A stretch of DNA of 64,000 nt from Octopus vulgaris (GCA_951406725.2 OX597823.1:110050001-110114000); one strand, 5' to 3'; shown: positions 28,140-42,687, counted from the first letter of the stretch. Program-made: numbers and translations. Notes: generated by a model not told the origin, from the letters alone.

Positions 28140-28199
28140 CATATATATATCGTTTCAATGTATTATTCGTTGCTTGAACCAAAGTTTTAGGCCATGCTA

Positions 28200-28460
28200 T
28201 GTATACAAGTATGTTTCAGTCAGAGGATTAAGCTATGCTATGATTGGGTTTCCTCTCAGTATTGTTTCTAGTACAGAAACGAGTTGGTTGGAGTCCCTCT
28301 TCTTTTTGCAGACTGCTGCTGTGTCGATTCGTCTGGTTTCCCAGATAAAAGATTTTCCCGTCGTACTTTGAGGAAGTCCATATCTACGCTCCGCAAATCT
28401 CTGAGGCTGCTTAGTAGAACATTGAATAGTTCTGGGCCCCTGAAACGCAAGATATTAGTG
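28200..28460 (-). mobile_element. Decayed 3' end of a CR1/L2-group LINE ORF2
   Basis: Minus translation NILRFRGPELFNVLLSSLRDLRSVDMDFLKVRRENLLSGKPDEST resembles the F.G..L(W/F)N.LP..LR...FK..LD..L...PD.P C-terminal motif of these elements (from recall). Confidence 0.65.
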
Positions 28461-28584
28461 GGCTCCTTATTCGGATTAAGAAGACGGTATGTTTGGTATG
28501 ATGCAATGCTATCCAATTCGACGGTTAGTATCGCTTTCAATTCCATAATCGGGAGGTAGACCTTCCAGAATTCCCTATATATAT

Positions 28585-28994
28585 AGGCGCAGGAGTGGCT
28601 GTGTGGTAAGTAGCTTGCTTACCAACCACATGGTTCCGGGTTCAGTCCCACTGCGTGGCACCTTGGGCAAGTGTTTTCTTCTATAGCCTCGAGCCGACCA
28701 ATGCCTTGTGAGTGGATTTGGGAGACGGAAACTGAAAGAAGCCCATCCTATATATGTATATATATATATATATGCGTGTGTGCGTTTGTGTGTCTGTGTT
28801 TGTCCCCCTATCATTGCTTGGCAACCGATGCTGGTGTGTTTATGTCCCCGTTACTTAGCGGTTCGGCAAAAGAGACCGATAGAATAAGTACTGGGCTTAC
28901 AAAGAATAAGTCCCGGGGTCGAGTTGCTCGATTAAAGGCGGTGCTCCAGCATGGCCGCAGTCAAATGACTGAAACAAGTAAAAGAGTAAAAGAG
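28585..28994 (+). mobile_element. tRNA-derived SINE, family B, full length
   Basis: A box GTGGCTGTGTGG, B-box-like GGGTTCAGTCCC, CACCTTGGGCAAGTG motif, internal TA/TG microsatellite, (GTAAAAGA)n tail; matches the reverse complement of 57838-58251. Confidence 0.9.
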
Positions 28995-29229
28995 AATAAA
29001 TATTTTACCAGAGCTAAAGAAAATTTGTGCAGCAAGCTGAGATATGAAGTTAATTCCACGAATAGTCTATGCTCTCAAAGAAAGATGATCTATATCAAAG
29101 TCTTGGACTTTGGCAGCTGGTATTTGGCAAGATGTGTAGAAAGTACACAACAATATTATTCAGAGTAATGAAGATACGTTTCAATTAAATGGCTCGAGTA
29201 ACCGCCGCATTTGCAGCTGCTGGGGGGGG

Positions 29230-29720
29230 GGTCTAAGAATTTGCATATTACAGAGGAAAATCATGTTAGTTTACCAAATGCTACAGTATGGTGTGACTTA
29301 TCAAATGGATTAAATGAAACTGGGTTCATTTACTTGAAATCGCAGCCACAATTTCTCATGGCATTTATTCAAAGGGACTTTCAGATTTAGAGATTAAGTC
29401 CAGCAACATGAGGGCACTCTGATACAACCATAGTAATGCAAGGGTCTGCTTTGATGAGATTTTTCCAAACGGAATACAATCCGCGTTTACCGGACCTCAC
29501 AGTACCAAAACTTGTGTTATAGACTTTTATAAATATAAATTTTATAGAACAAAGCAAATGAGCGTCGACAGCCCATGAATAATTCGCACAGGGACCGAAC
29601 TATTCCATTGCTTTACCTTATCAATAATGTCTGGACCAGATCGGTCATCAGTCCGAAAACAGATGTTCGTGAAAATTCTGTGCGGATCCTATTAAATTTT
29701 GAAGATTAAATTTATTTAAA
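29230..29720 (+). mobile_element. Possible highly decayed Tc1/mariner transposase relic
   Basis: Broken translations resemble TVWC (about 29283) and P.R.PDLT (YNPRLPDLTVP, about 29475-29507; compare WPPRSPDL). Many stops; no TIR found. Confidence 0.3.
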
Positions 29721-29964
29721 TAAACACTGATTTTATCCCATTCATTGTGTGTATGCATTTTGGGCGCACCAAGCATGCACACACGCACATACACGTACAG
29801 AGGAAAATACTCAGAAGCGAAAACTGGAAGCAGTCATAAAGTAAATTATACCAAGAATCTAAAGTATGAGAGACTCATTTTCTGATCTCTACCTATGACA
29901 CCTAAGCACGTATGAATTGCGACATGTACCTTTATTAGCGAAAACTTAAAACGGGATAGACTTT

Positions 29965-30349
29965 GGAAGCACTCCGTCGGTTACGACGACGAGGGTTCCG
30001 GTTGATCCAAATCAACGGAACAGCCTGCTCGTGAAATTAACGTGTAAGTGGCTGCGCACTCCACAGACACTTGTACCCTTAACGTAGTTCTCGGGGATAT
30101 TCAGCGTGACAGAGAGAGTGACAAGGCCGGCCCTTTGAAATACAGGTACAACAGAAACAGGAAGTAAGAGTGATAGAAAGTTGTGGTGAAAGAGTACAGC
30201 AGGGATCACCACCATCCCCTGCCGGAGCCTCGTGGACCTTCAGGTCTTTTCGCTCAATAAACACTCACAACGCCCGGTCTGGGAATCGAAACCGCGATCC
30301 TATGACCGCGAGTCCGCTGCCCTAACCACTGGGCCATTGCGCCTCCACT
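29965..30349 (-). mobile_element. tRNA-derived SINE, family C, full length with 12 bp TSD
   Basis: Minus head GTGGAGGCGCAATGGCCCAGTGGTTAGGGCAGCGG...GTTTCGATTCCC. Direct repeat GGGATAGACTTT at 29953-29964 and 30350-30361. Confidence 0.93.
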
Positions 30350-30996
30350 GGGATAGACTTTATATCTTATATAAAATAGACGTGTAGCTGTCACACACAA
30401 TATTTGCGCCACTTGTAGCATAATTATATCTAATAATCATTGATATTTAACAGGAGTTACGGCATAGTGTTGGCTTCTTCTCCCCGTATTAGCAAAATCA
30501 AATGTTGTCGACATTTTTTTCATCCTTCTAAATTCCTATCATATACAATTTATCTATTATAATGCTATAATTCATAAAACATTATACGATATCGCTACCA
30601 TACAAAGACCACTTCTACAAAGTGTGGAACATTTTCTTGTTGCTATGTGCAGATAGAAGCATATTCTCAAGTGACATAAGAAAAATATAACCCCGTGTAC
30701 ATATCATCACGGATAGATAGATAGAGAGAGAGAGAGAGTGTGTGTGTGTGTGGAAAGGGAGAGAGAAAGAGAGATGTAGAGGGAGTAGAGAGAAGAGAAT
30801 GAAGAGAAGGAAAGAAAGGAGAGATAGAAAAAGAGAGAGCTCACTTATACTATTTTGTGTTTATATATTAGTAAAGCACCATTTACTATGTGGTGCACAC
30901 TCAAATGCGTATGTGAATCGCAATGTGTTTTCATTTAATTCTTGAGAATACAACTTGTAGCTAGCTTCCAGCTTGCAATGTATGTATGCATGTATG

Positions 30997-31064
<68 letters not shown>

Positions 31065-31097
31065 TACATGTACATATATATACATATATATATGTAG

Positions 31098-31129
<32 letters not shown>

Positions 31130-31161
31130 ACATATATATATGCATATGTGTGTGTGTATAT

Positions 31162-31221
<60 letters not shown>

Positions 31222-31318
31222 GCGCGCATATATACATACACAAACACATGCTCACATAGAGATGTGGGGAAGAAATACAGTTAGCAAGAGTTATTTAGAC
31301 ATGTAGACGTATGAAACA

Positions 31319-31353
<35 letters not shown>

Positions 31354-32353
31354 CTTAGTTTCATCCGTATATTACATTACAAAATTATAGTTTACACTAA
31401 TGGGTTCCTGATTCAAATTGTATATATTTCAGTATTGTATACAATTGATTAAGAGCGAAGTGAAAATATTTGAAAGCAAAATGTGAGATTTTGATATTAG
31501 GCTGACAATCAAAATGGTAATATTCCTAGCTTAAACTGTCTTCCAGAACATTACTGAAAGTAAAGAAATAGAAGAATGGATATAATGGTTTTGAGTAGTT
31601 GAATGTGCTGAGACAGCAGACTGTCAGACTAAATGTATTACAGCTTATTTAGTTTGTATCTTCTTAGCTTCAAGTTCAAATGCTGCCAAAAATTGCATTT
31701 TTTTTTGTTATCATTTCAGATCTGATATAAGGATATAAGATATCATATTGATGATACAGTTCAATGTACTCCTACCCTCACAGCATTGATCCTTTGTCTA
31801 TTGAATCTATATTATTTTATTCATTTACACCATTTTCAGTCGCTTACGATGGCCCAGATGGATGCCCCGAATCGAAGGATATAATATTTCCCCGACTACT
31901 TATTTCGCTCAGATAACAATTTTCCCACTACATTTGACGAACTGCTATATTCATATTTTAGGTCCGTTCTGACCTTATCCTTAAAAATATAAAATTTCTC
32001 TTACAGAAATATTTGTTATTTATGCTTTAATTTTCTCGGATTTGAACTGTGGCCATGTTGACGCACTGCATTGAAAGCGTTTGTCGAAGAATTCAGACCC
32101 TGTACATATTTTTTAAGCCTGGTGCTTATATTATAAACACATTTGCCCGAATCACTACATGAAAAGGAGGTAAACAACCCAACACCACCTGTGGGGTTTC
32201 AAGCGGTGGGAGAACGAAATCAGACGCAAGAAATTCATAGACACACGCACGCACAGTTATATATGTATGTATGTGTGTGTGTTTATATATATATATATAT
32301 ATATATGTATAAAGATATATATGTGTGTGTGTGTGTGTGTGCGTGTGTATAGA

Positions 32354-32517
32354 TTGTAGTCCCAGGAATACATCTTCTCCAGCTGGTTATTGACACATTT
32401 TCTTTGCCCTATCAGTATCTTTTCCCTCTCCAGCCTGACGTGATAGACACGGAATCGAGTGTTAGGACACAAAAAGTGTGTCAATATCCAGCTGGAGATG
32501 TCTTCCTGGGTCTACAA
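32354..32517. mobile_element. MITE-like element with about 45 bp imperfect inverted arms
   Basis: Left arm TTGTAGTCCCAGGAATACATCTTCTCCAGCTGGTTATTGACACA versus reverse complement of the right arm TTGTAGACCCAGGAAGACATCTCCAGCTGGATATTGACACA. Confidence 0.7.
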
Positions 32518-32674
32518 GCTACAGTAACATCAACTCTTAAGGGTTACCCACATTTAGATGGCAAATGTACTTCACGATGTGTTGCAGCTAATGTTTATAC
32601 GTCGCTCAGATATTTATTTTTGCTTATTTCCAATTTTTCGAGATCAGTGACTTATCATCACTGGAAAAAGTATA

Positions 32675-33073
32675 TCTCTCTCTCTATAAAGCTGAAGTTG
32701 TCTGTGTATGGCAGGTTTGGTAGCTTTCAACTAACACTATCTCCTCCGAGACCCTGCGGCGCAAGTTGACCAAAATTGAGAGTATGATAGAAGAAGGCTT
32801 GCTCTTCCTTCCGTTGAAGAAAAAATTCAAATCGGACCATGTTAACACCAAAGATTATTTACATCAAAAAGGTGCCTTTTTCCTATGAAAATCCCCATTT
32901 TTTACGATTTTTTGACTGCTGTGTCGCCATTTTTCGGTGTATTTCAACCAGATAAATGTTCACTTAAAGAGAATAACAAGTTACATAGTGCAAAAGTTTT
33001 TACTTTTCAAAAATTCCAATTCTAAAGGGTCGAAAAGAAAACAAACCCGAGCAACGCCGGGCGATACTGCTAG
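32675..33073 (+). mobile_element. Non-autonomous Helitron
   Basis: 5' TC at 32675 preceded by A; GC-rich hairpin CCCGAGCAACGCCGGG (33046-33061), 8 nt spacer, CTAG end (33070-33073) followed by T; no TSD. Confidence 0.8.
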
Positions 33074-33315
33074 TATATATATATTTGCATTGAGAACCAC
33101 TTCCCATCGCCAACTGGTGATTGTCACTCCTCTTAATTAATCACGATTTTTTTCTATTAAATCTAGCCATATATTATATGCAGATATAATGATCGTGCTT
33201 TCCAACTAGGTGTTAGGTGTGTAAATGAAATTGCTACAGTTGGGAAATGATATCAGCTTTATGTCAAGGGTATTTTATTAGTTTTATATTCTATATATAA
33301 CAGATAACTATATAC

Positions 33316-33731
33316 TTTTCTATAATAGGCACAAGGCCCGAAATTTTGGGGGAAGGGGCCAGTCAATTAAACCGCCCCAGTACGCAACTGGAACTATATT
33401 TATCGACCCCGAAAGGATGAATGGCACAGTCGACCTCGGCAGAATTTGAACTCACAACGTAACGGCAGACGAAATACTGTATTTCGCTCGGCGTGCTAAC
33501 GTTTCTTATTTATTTCATTGCCCACAAAACGCTAAATATTGAGGGGGCAAACAAGGACAGACAAAAGGATTAAGTCAATCACATCGACCCCAGTGCGTAA
33601 CTGGTACTTAATTTATCGACCCCGAAAGGGTGAAAGGCAAAGTCGATATCGCTGGAATTTGAACGTAACGGCAAATGAAATACCTCTAAACATTTCGCCC
33701 AGCGTGCTAACGTCTCTGCCAGCTCGCCGCC
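33316..33731 (-). mobile_element. SINE family A dimer
   Basis: Two family A cores; tail2 (GGCACAAGGCCCGAAATTTTGGGGGA) at the left end and the head at the right end. Confidence 0.88.
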
Positions 33732-34981
33732 TTAGAATATAACTATATAATTTAACTTAACACAATGGCGCATTTCAAATGACTGAATGTATCGTACAAA
33801 ACTGATTTGTTGTAATACGGTGTATACTATACTGAAGACCAAGTGATAAAATTAGCAAATGTCAAGCCTTCAAGGACTTGAACTTAACGAAACTAAATTT
33901 CATAAAATTTATAATTTAACATCTGCTATCTCCCTAAATATCGTGTCTTCACAGCAATACTCTTCTCTCCCTTCTGTTTTATAACGCAATTTAATAGCCT
34001 AAAATATTAAAACAAAATTTCAACAAAAAAAATGTAGCAAAAGCAATAAGCAGAAGTGACAGATAACGAGCGCTGCGTGATAGACAGGAAAAAATATGTA
34101 TTAAACATTTTAAGAATATAAAAATATATTAAACTCCTAATAATACCTCATTATTCTTATTGTTATTATTATAGATATTTTTAGTATCATTATTATTATT
34201 AAATTGAAATGCAGACATGCGATTAGACGATGCTTGTCAAGCTTCATTGAGTGTGCAGTTATAGCCGAATGATTCACAGAACTCATGCGGTGAGAGGAGA
34301 GGAAGGTGAAAGAAATGAACGCAACAATCGGGAGAGAGAGGGAGTGAGAAATAGATAGATAGATAGATATATAGATAGATAGATAGATATATTGAGTGAG
34401 AAATAGATAGAGAGTGAGAAATAGATATAAAGAGAAAGAAATAGATAGAGAGAGAGTGTGTATGTGCGTGAGAGAGAGAGAGAGAGAGAGAAGTAGAGAG
34501 AGAGAGAGAGAGAACGACAGAGAGAAATACAAATGGAATAACGAGAAGAAAGATAGCGCTTGGCAAAAAGGAAAATGTCTGTCATGACGCTCGCAAGTCG
34601 TAGCAACTTCAGTTATAACCACGTCGCATTTCGTATCTTTTGAAAATTTATTGAAATTCAAATACCGGTTCCCTCTAAAATGATTGCAGTTACCGTTATC
34701 GTTGACTTCTTGTTTGTCCCTATTGTCACTTACTGAAGGGAAGTTTAGTTTAGGAATAATTATCAATTTTATGTGCGATATAATTTTTGAAAAAGTACTG
34801 CAAACAAAAATGTCACTTGACGCAAAGAAACATCAAAATATGTCTTCCAAGCATTGAAAACATACGAGGGCTAAAAGAAATTTACCTTGACATATTTAAT
34901 TATGCGTGGAAGTATAAGCACAGTTGTTGGTACAGCACAATCGAACTATACATGTGTGTGTGTGTGTGTGTGTGTGTGAAT

Positions 34982-35209
34982 GGCGGCGAGCTGGCAGAAA
35001 CGTTAGCACACCGGGCGAAATACGTAGCCGTATTTCGTCTGCCGCTACGTTCTGAGTTCAAATTCCGAAGAGGTCGACTTGGCCTTTCATTCTTCCGGGG
35101 TCGATAAATTACGTATCAATCACGCATTGGGGTCGATATAATCGACTTAATCCGTTTGTATGTCCTTGTTTGTCCCTTCTGTGTTTAGCCCCTTGTGGGT
35201 AGTAAAGAA

Positions 35210-35246
<37 letters not shown>

Positions 35247-35435
35247 GCGGTGAGCTGGCAGAAACGATAGCACGCCGGGCGAAATGCTTAGCGATATTTC
35301 GCTGTCTTTACGTTCTGAGTTCAAATTCCGGCGCGGTAGACTTAGCCTTTCATCCTTTCGGTGTCGATAAATTATGTACCAGTTGCGTACTGGAGTCGAT
35401 CTAATCGACTGGCCTTGTGCCTAGAGTAGAAAACA
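34982..35435 (+). mobile_element. Two adjacent family A SINEs (34982-35210 with tail1; 35246-35435 with shortened tail2) separated by (TG)n
   Basis: Each starts GGCGG(C/T)GAGCTGGCAGAAACG and carries the family A core. Confidence 0.88.
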
Positions 35436-35442
35436 ATATATA

Positions 35443-35486
<44 letters not shown>

Positions 35487-35700
35487 AGCGCGTGTGCACG
35501 TGTGTGTGAAGGCACATCGACAAATGGTTAGGATGTTTCAGTAACGAACACTAGATAGGAAGTTCGTTTCCCTGACGAGTGTGTATGTGTGTGTGTGTGT
35601 GTGTGTGTACGTGTGCATATTTGTGTGTGTGTATGTGTGTGTCCGTGTGTATTCGTGCTATAAGACAGCACTGGTGCAATGTTAAGATCCATAATATATC

Positions 35701-36297
35701 TTTCTTTACTACACACAAGGGGCTAAAAACAGAAGGGACAAACAAGGACAGACAAACGGATTAAGTCGATTATATCGACCCCACTGCGTAACTGCTACTT
35801 ATTTAATCAACCCCGAAAGGATGAAAAGCAAAGTCGACCTCGGCGGAATTTGAACTCAGAACGTAGCAGCTGACGAAATACCTATTTCTTTACTACCCAA
35901 AAGGGGCTAAACACAGGGGGGACAAACAAGGACAGACAAACGGATTAAGTCGATTATATCGACCCCACTGCGTAACTGGTACTTATTTAATCGACTCCGA
36001 AACGATGAAAGGCAAAGTCGATCTCGGCGGAATTTGAACTCAGAACGTAGCGGCAGACGAAATACCTATTTCTGTACTACCCACAAGGGGCTAAACACAA
36101 AGGGGACAAACAAGGACAGACAAACGGATTAAGTCGATTATATCGACTCCAGTGCGTAACTGGTTCTTATTTAATCGACCCCGAATGGATGAAAGGCAAA
36201 GTCGACATCGGCGGAATTTGAACTCAGAACGTAGCGGCAGACGAAATACCGCTAAGCATTTCGCCCGGCATGCTAACGATTTTGCCAGCTCGCCGCC
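35701..36297 (-). mobile_element. SINE family A trimer (about 183 bp period)
   Basis: Three near-identical core+tail1 units starting at about 35701, 35885 and 36068, joined at GACGAAATACCTATTTC; only one full head, at the right end. Confidence 0.92.
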
Positions 36298-36461
36298 CCT
36301 AAATCTATAGTATATATAACTCAGCGTTTACATATTTGGAGCACAATTTTTACTACGACAAAGTCGTTGCGTGTGACGTTCATGATGCATTACGCAAAGT
36401 GATTATTATTCTTTTATTTATTTGTGCTAGTGTAGGAAATTCGGCAGAAATTCCTAACTCA

Positions 36462-37368
36462 TAAAGATCAATGTAGTGCTAAAATTCAATGAATTCATTT
36501 ATTTCTTCTATTATTGTTTTACATCCATTGTCGTTGTTATTACGTAACCGTCATGCAAAATTTTGTTGGGAAACCCCTTTATAAAACGAGTTTAATGTAG
36601 TAATCTATATTTCCCAGTGGACCTGCATTTCATAGTCATTAAAATAATTATTCGACCTAGGAATGTGTTTATATTCTATAGAATGTCACCCAGTTCTGCA
36701 GCTTTTGTGAATTCATTTTCGTATCAGTTTTGTTTTGTGTTGGCTAATGAAATAGAAAGATAAAAGCAGAAAATTATTATAAAGGCTATATTACTTGATA
36801 ATCGCATGCTACCATGCTGGGAATTTTAAGTGCTAAGGTTAAAAGAACCAACGAATCACCAGGATATTTTTCTAATTTTCATCACTAAAACGAAATAGAA
36901 ATTCTTTTGCATATTCATTTCTGTTATAAAGTAAAAAGGAATTTTTTACTCGAAAGACACCAATTCATTTTTTATATTTACTCTTATTTTACCTAAAAAT
37001 GAGGTATTCACCAATACGCACATGCTCATACACACACACACATATATATATATATACTTTTGTGGTGTGTGCTGGTATGTATACCTATACGTTTATTCAT
37101 GTATTCATATATAATATTGTATTTGTATATGTGTATGTCCCATGTATGTGTTTTCATGTATGTATTTATGTAAGAGTTGAAGGGAGTTCCGTACTTGAAA
37201 TTAAAAATGTACTTGTTATAATGGACTTCGAAATGCTGAAATAGTTGACCATCAATTACTTCTTGTAAATGATCGCTGCTACGCATGCGCATATTTTAAA
37301 ACTGCAAACTTGGAGCACAACTTTTTTCATAACATTTGTATTCATGTGTGTGTATGAGTAAGAGCGTG

Positions 37369-37403
<35 letters not shown>

Positions 37404-37773
37404 TTATGGCTGCCCCCTCGTTATCGAGTATAGCCATTGCACGAAGCTTAACTGTTACTGGTGCTGTGATCGAATGTGACTCTTTAGCCCAGCCAAAGAT
37501 CTACAATGTCTTGTACAGAATTGGCAACTAAAATCTTTACCGGTAATAGCCGGCAGTAGTTGTAACTGGGCTTCATGTACCTTTGCATGTCGTTTAAGTC
37601 CTTCTGCCGAATTACACTCTCTTCCACATGCCCGACAGATATATGATTAGTATGGTGTGTTACACCACCACCAGTGGCCAGGTTGTCACTCATCTGTCTC
37701 GATTTATGACTACGAGGAGGACTCTTGAGTCCAGCTTTACTGAGGCAGGCTCAGTAAATATATATACACACAC

Positions 37774-37845
<72 letters not shown>

Positions 37846-38273
37846 TTACATCATTGTACATGTCATCAGCCCCAAAACAAAGGAGAATCTTTCAAACCAC
37901 ATAATATAATACAAATATGCAATAAGTTATAAAACTTTTATAACAAAAACAATTACATGTAATTTTTTTATCAAAAACGGGTTATATTTTTGATAAGATC
38001 TTTTATATCTATTCCACTGAGAATTCTTTTACTCTTCTCCCCAATAAAGATCAATGTGTTGTTCAAGCTCAGAGAATTAATTTATTTCTATTAATTTTTT
38101 TAAATATTTGAACCCAAAAATATGTAAGCGTCTCGCCAGGTTTTGCTGGGAAATCCTCTTAAAACAACGAACTTAATTGCGTCATCTATATTTCTCAATG
38201 GACTCCCATGTTGTAGACATTATAATAATGATTTGAGTATAGAAATAGACTCATATTTAATAGAATGTTACCC
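36462..38273 (+). repeat. Diverged direct repeat of about 230 bp (36462-36690 and 38046-38273)
   Basis: Shared anchors in the same order: AAAGATCAATGT, TTTTG(T/C)TGGGAAA, ATCTATATTTC.CA.TGGAC, ATAGAATGT(C/T)ACCC. Confidence 0.7.
37405..37756 (-). mobile_element. 3' end of an RTE-like LINE encoding C-terminal C2H2 zinc fingers, within (TA)n
   Basis: 37646-37455 minus reads SYICRACGRECNSAEGLKRHAKVHEAQLQLLPAITGKDFSCQFCTRHCRSLAGLKSHIRSQHQ*; a partial third finger (CLSKAGLKSPPRSH) lies upstream across a frameshift. Short 3' UTR with stem-loop CTCG-ATAA-CGAG, then a TA tail. Confidence 0.7.
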
Positions 38274-40013
38274 TGACCATCGGCTGTACCAAAACATTGT
38301 TTATAAAATGGAAACAAGCTAAATTTATTCTTATTAATGCAATCTTTCTTGTTATATTAAATGACGTGATATTAAATGCAAGGATATTTTAACTATTAGG
38401 ATAAAAAAAAAATTGAAGAAGCCCTAACACAGAATTCCATTTCACATTATTCACTTAAATAAAAACAAAAGATGATAGATGCTCTCATGTGTGTCTGTGT
38501 GCATAAATGCATGCATATAATGTAATAATTGCAATTTTTTCATATCCAAATATACATTAAGAGCGTAAAAAGGAATAAATATAGTGGCCGGGTCATGTCA
38601 AGTGTATATATGCTTCATTTGAGAAGTCTGCGACCACATTTTATTCGCTCGCCATGTTTGTATCCCGGCATCTAAGTTGATAGCCTAATCTCTAGTATTG
38701 TCACAATCCTACGTATGAATCTACGTGCTTGTTTCTATAATCAACAAGCCTCATGTTACTATATCTCCGAATAATGGCTAATTTGGTAGAGGATATGTTC
38801 TGAGCTACGATAAGGGTGGTGGAATAGTATACTTCGACGGCCAGTATTTTGGTGAAACCCCGCTACCCAGTACTTGAAATCAAATCGGACAGGTCTCTTA
38901 AGTAGGGAGAAGATCATTTTCGTTGCAAGTAATATGGCGACTAGAAATTTACAATATAGATTATATCAATTTACACTCAGTATCACAGTATAATTATTAT
39001 ATCAGAACAAGACATGACTATCAACATAGTCTACACGTACCCTCTTACTTAACGTACTCTCTAGATACTGGCCGACGTCACCCTACTTGTAGTGAGTTTG
39101 TCATTCGACTCGTCACGTGCGACGGGTGTATATTAATTACTAATTCCTACAATAATATGAATGTACATACATTCATATATACATACTACGCTTACATATA
39201 TGTATACATCAGTTACTATCACTTAACATGGGCAATATGCACAAAATTCAGAAATATATACGAGTGAAAATCTGACATAGAAGAAAGTATATCAATCCTT
39301 AAGCAACTTCAGCTTTTGTGCTTGAACTAAAATAAAAACGTCGTGCATTTTTTTTCTTCTCTGAGAAGACAGCCATCAATAATTCAAGTGAATTCAATTG
39401 CCGCGATGGTCATTCTCAGGTCCTGTCTCAGTTGTGCCTCATGTTTTATTCTAGCTGTTCTAGTGATGTCTTTCAAGCGTCATTCTAGCTTGGATAGCAA
39501 GTTATATTTGGTTGATATAAGATTAATTAATATTGTATCGTGAGTGACGAAATTCACGTTTATTTGGTACTTTTTTCTTTTGGTTTTTCAGGGAATACTC
39601 TTTATGATTCCATAGATTCTTATTTACCTCGTTATTTTAAGTTCTACCGTAATACAGTAAGAGAGAAATCTTAGTTTATGGATACCTTTACGAGGTGTTT
39701 TCTCGCAATTAACTCTTTAGATACAGCAAATATTGTAAGAAATTTATTCATTTATTCCAGAAAGAAAAACCCGATATGCTGCCAGTCAAAATATATGCAT
39801 TATGGCGGGCTGCATAATGTTTTCTCAAAAATTCTTAAGTATTTTAAAATACTTTTATACTTTTATTATCCTAATTGGTATTTTTGTACAAACTAACTTG
39901 GGAAACTAGTATTAACAACAGAATGAACAATATATCTATCTATCTATCAATCTATTAGTTATCTGCCGATCTATCTATCTATCTATCTGTATGTATGTAT
40001 ATCTGTATCTATG

Positions 40014-40066
<53 letters not shown>

Positions 40067-40505
40067 GTGTATGCGTGTGTGTGTGTGTGTGTACTTATTC
40101 GATGGATTACGGAATGATGAAAGGAAATATTGACCTGGCATCTTTTAGGACGCTGAGCGTAGAGTATTTAAGTTACCCCATTCTGACTTCATATTCAGTT
40201 TGACCACTCGTAGTAAAAACGCGATAATACACTGACCTGAAATTTACTCCAGTTTACTTCATGAGTTGTAAAAGTGAAGTTGAGCTGAAATAATTGTAAT
40301 TTGTTGTCTTCTTATAAATTTAATAGTCGATGATTCGTTTATGTGTTAAAATCATTTCAGCTCAGGTTTGAACCTGAATAACGTATATAGGGTGTTCTCC
40401 GCATCTGTTAATGACAATGGCATTTTTCTTCATATTTTCATATATTCTGATATTCTGTAAATTTTAATACGAGTGCATTTATGCATCAATAATTATGTGT
40501 TCCAA

Positions 40506-40825
40506 GGCCGCGGGCTTGCAGAACCGTTAGCACGCCGGGCAAAATGCTTAGCGGTATTTCGTCTGCCATTACGTTCCGAGTTCAAATTCCGCTAACTTCG
40601 ACTTTGCCTTTCATCCTTTCGGGGTCGATTAAATAAGTACCACTTACGCAATGGTGTCGATATAATTGACTTAATCCTTTTAAGTTCTGAGTTCAAATTC
40701 CACCGATGACGACTTTGCCTTTCATCCTTTGGGGGTTGATAGATTAAGTACCAGTTGCGTACTGGGGTCGAACTAATCGACATGTCCCTCCCCAAAAATT
40801 TCGGGCCTTGTGCCTAGAGCAGAAA
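40506..40825 (+). mobile_element. SINE family A with duplicated core and tail2
   Basis: Head, two GAGTTCAAATTCC...GCCTTTCATCCTTT cores, ending CCCCAAAAATTTCGGGCCTTGTGCCTAGAG. Confidence 0.85.
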
Positions 40826-41344
40826 AAAATGATTATGTTCGTGTATGTATGATTCTACAAACTTTATTAAACAATTTATAAAATACATCAAATTTTGTGA
40901 AATATATATTTTTTAATTATTTACAGAAGATCTTTATGTAACTTTCATCTTTCCAATCACAAGAACACTTTGTCGAAAGATAAGAAGTGTTGAACAAATT
41001 ACACAAAATATTGTATTTAGTTGTGCATATAATTATGCGTATAGACATCTCTATCTAATGAGGTTTATATAAATTATTAAAGAGTGTAATTTATATATAT
41101 GCAAAGTTCTATTGAACGGAACGTGTGATGTGGTGTGTGTTTATTTGTGTGTGTTTATTTGTATGTGTGTATGTGTATGTGTGTGTATATTTGTTTTTAA
41201 TGGCTTACCGATATGCATTCAAGAAAGTATGAACATTTTTTTTTTCTTTTTAAATATAATTGCATAAATATATATTTAGGTGAAAATGTGTCCAGCGAGT
41301 ATTTACACTAACCGGCAGGAAATATTAGCTGGTCATTAACACCA

Positions 41345-42687
<1,343 letters not shown>

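Noticed and set aside
35701-36297. CRISPR-like array
   Set aside because: Whole 183 bp units repeat with no unique spacers and match the dispersed SINE; eukaryotic context with no cas genes.
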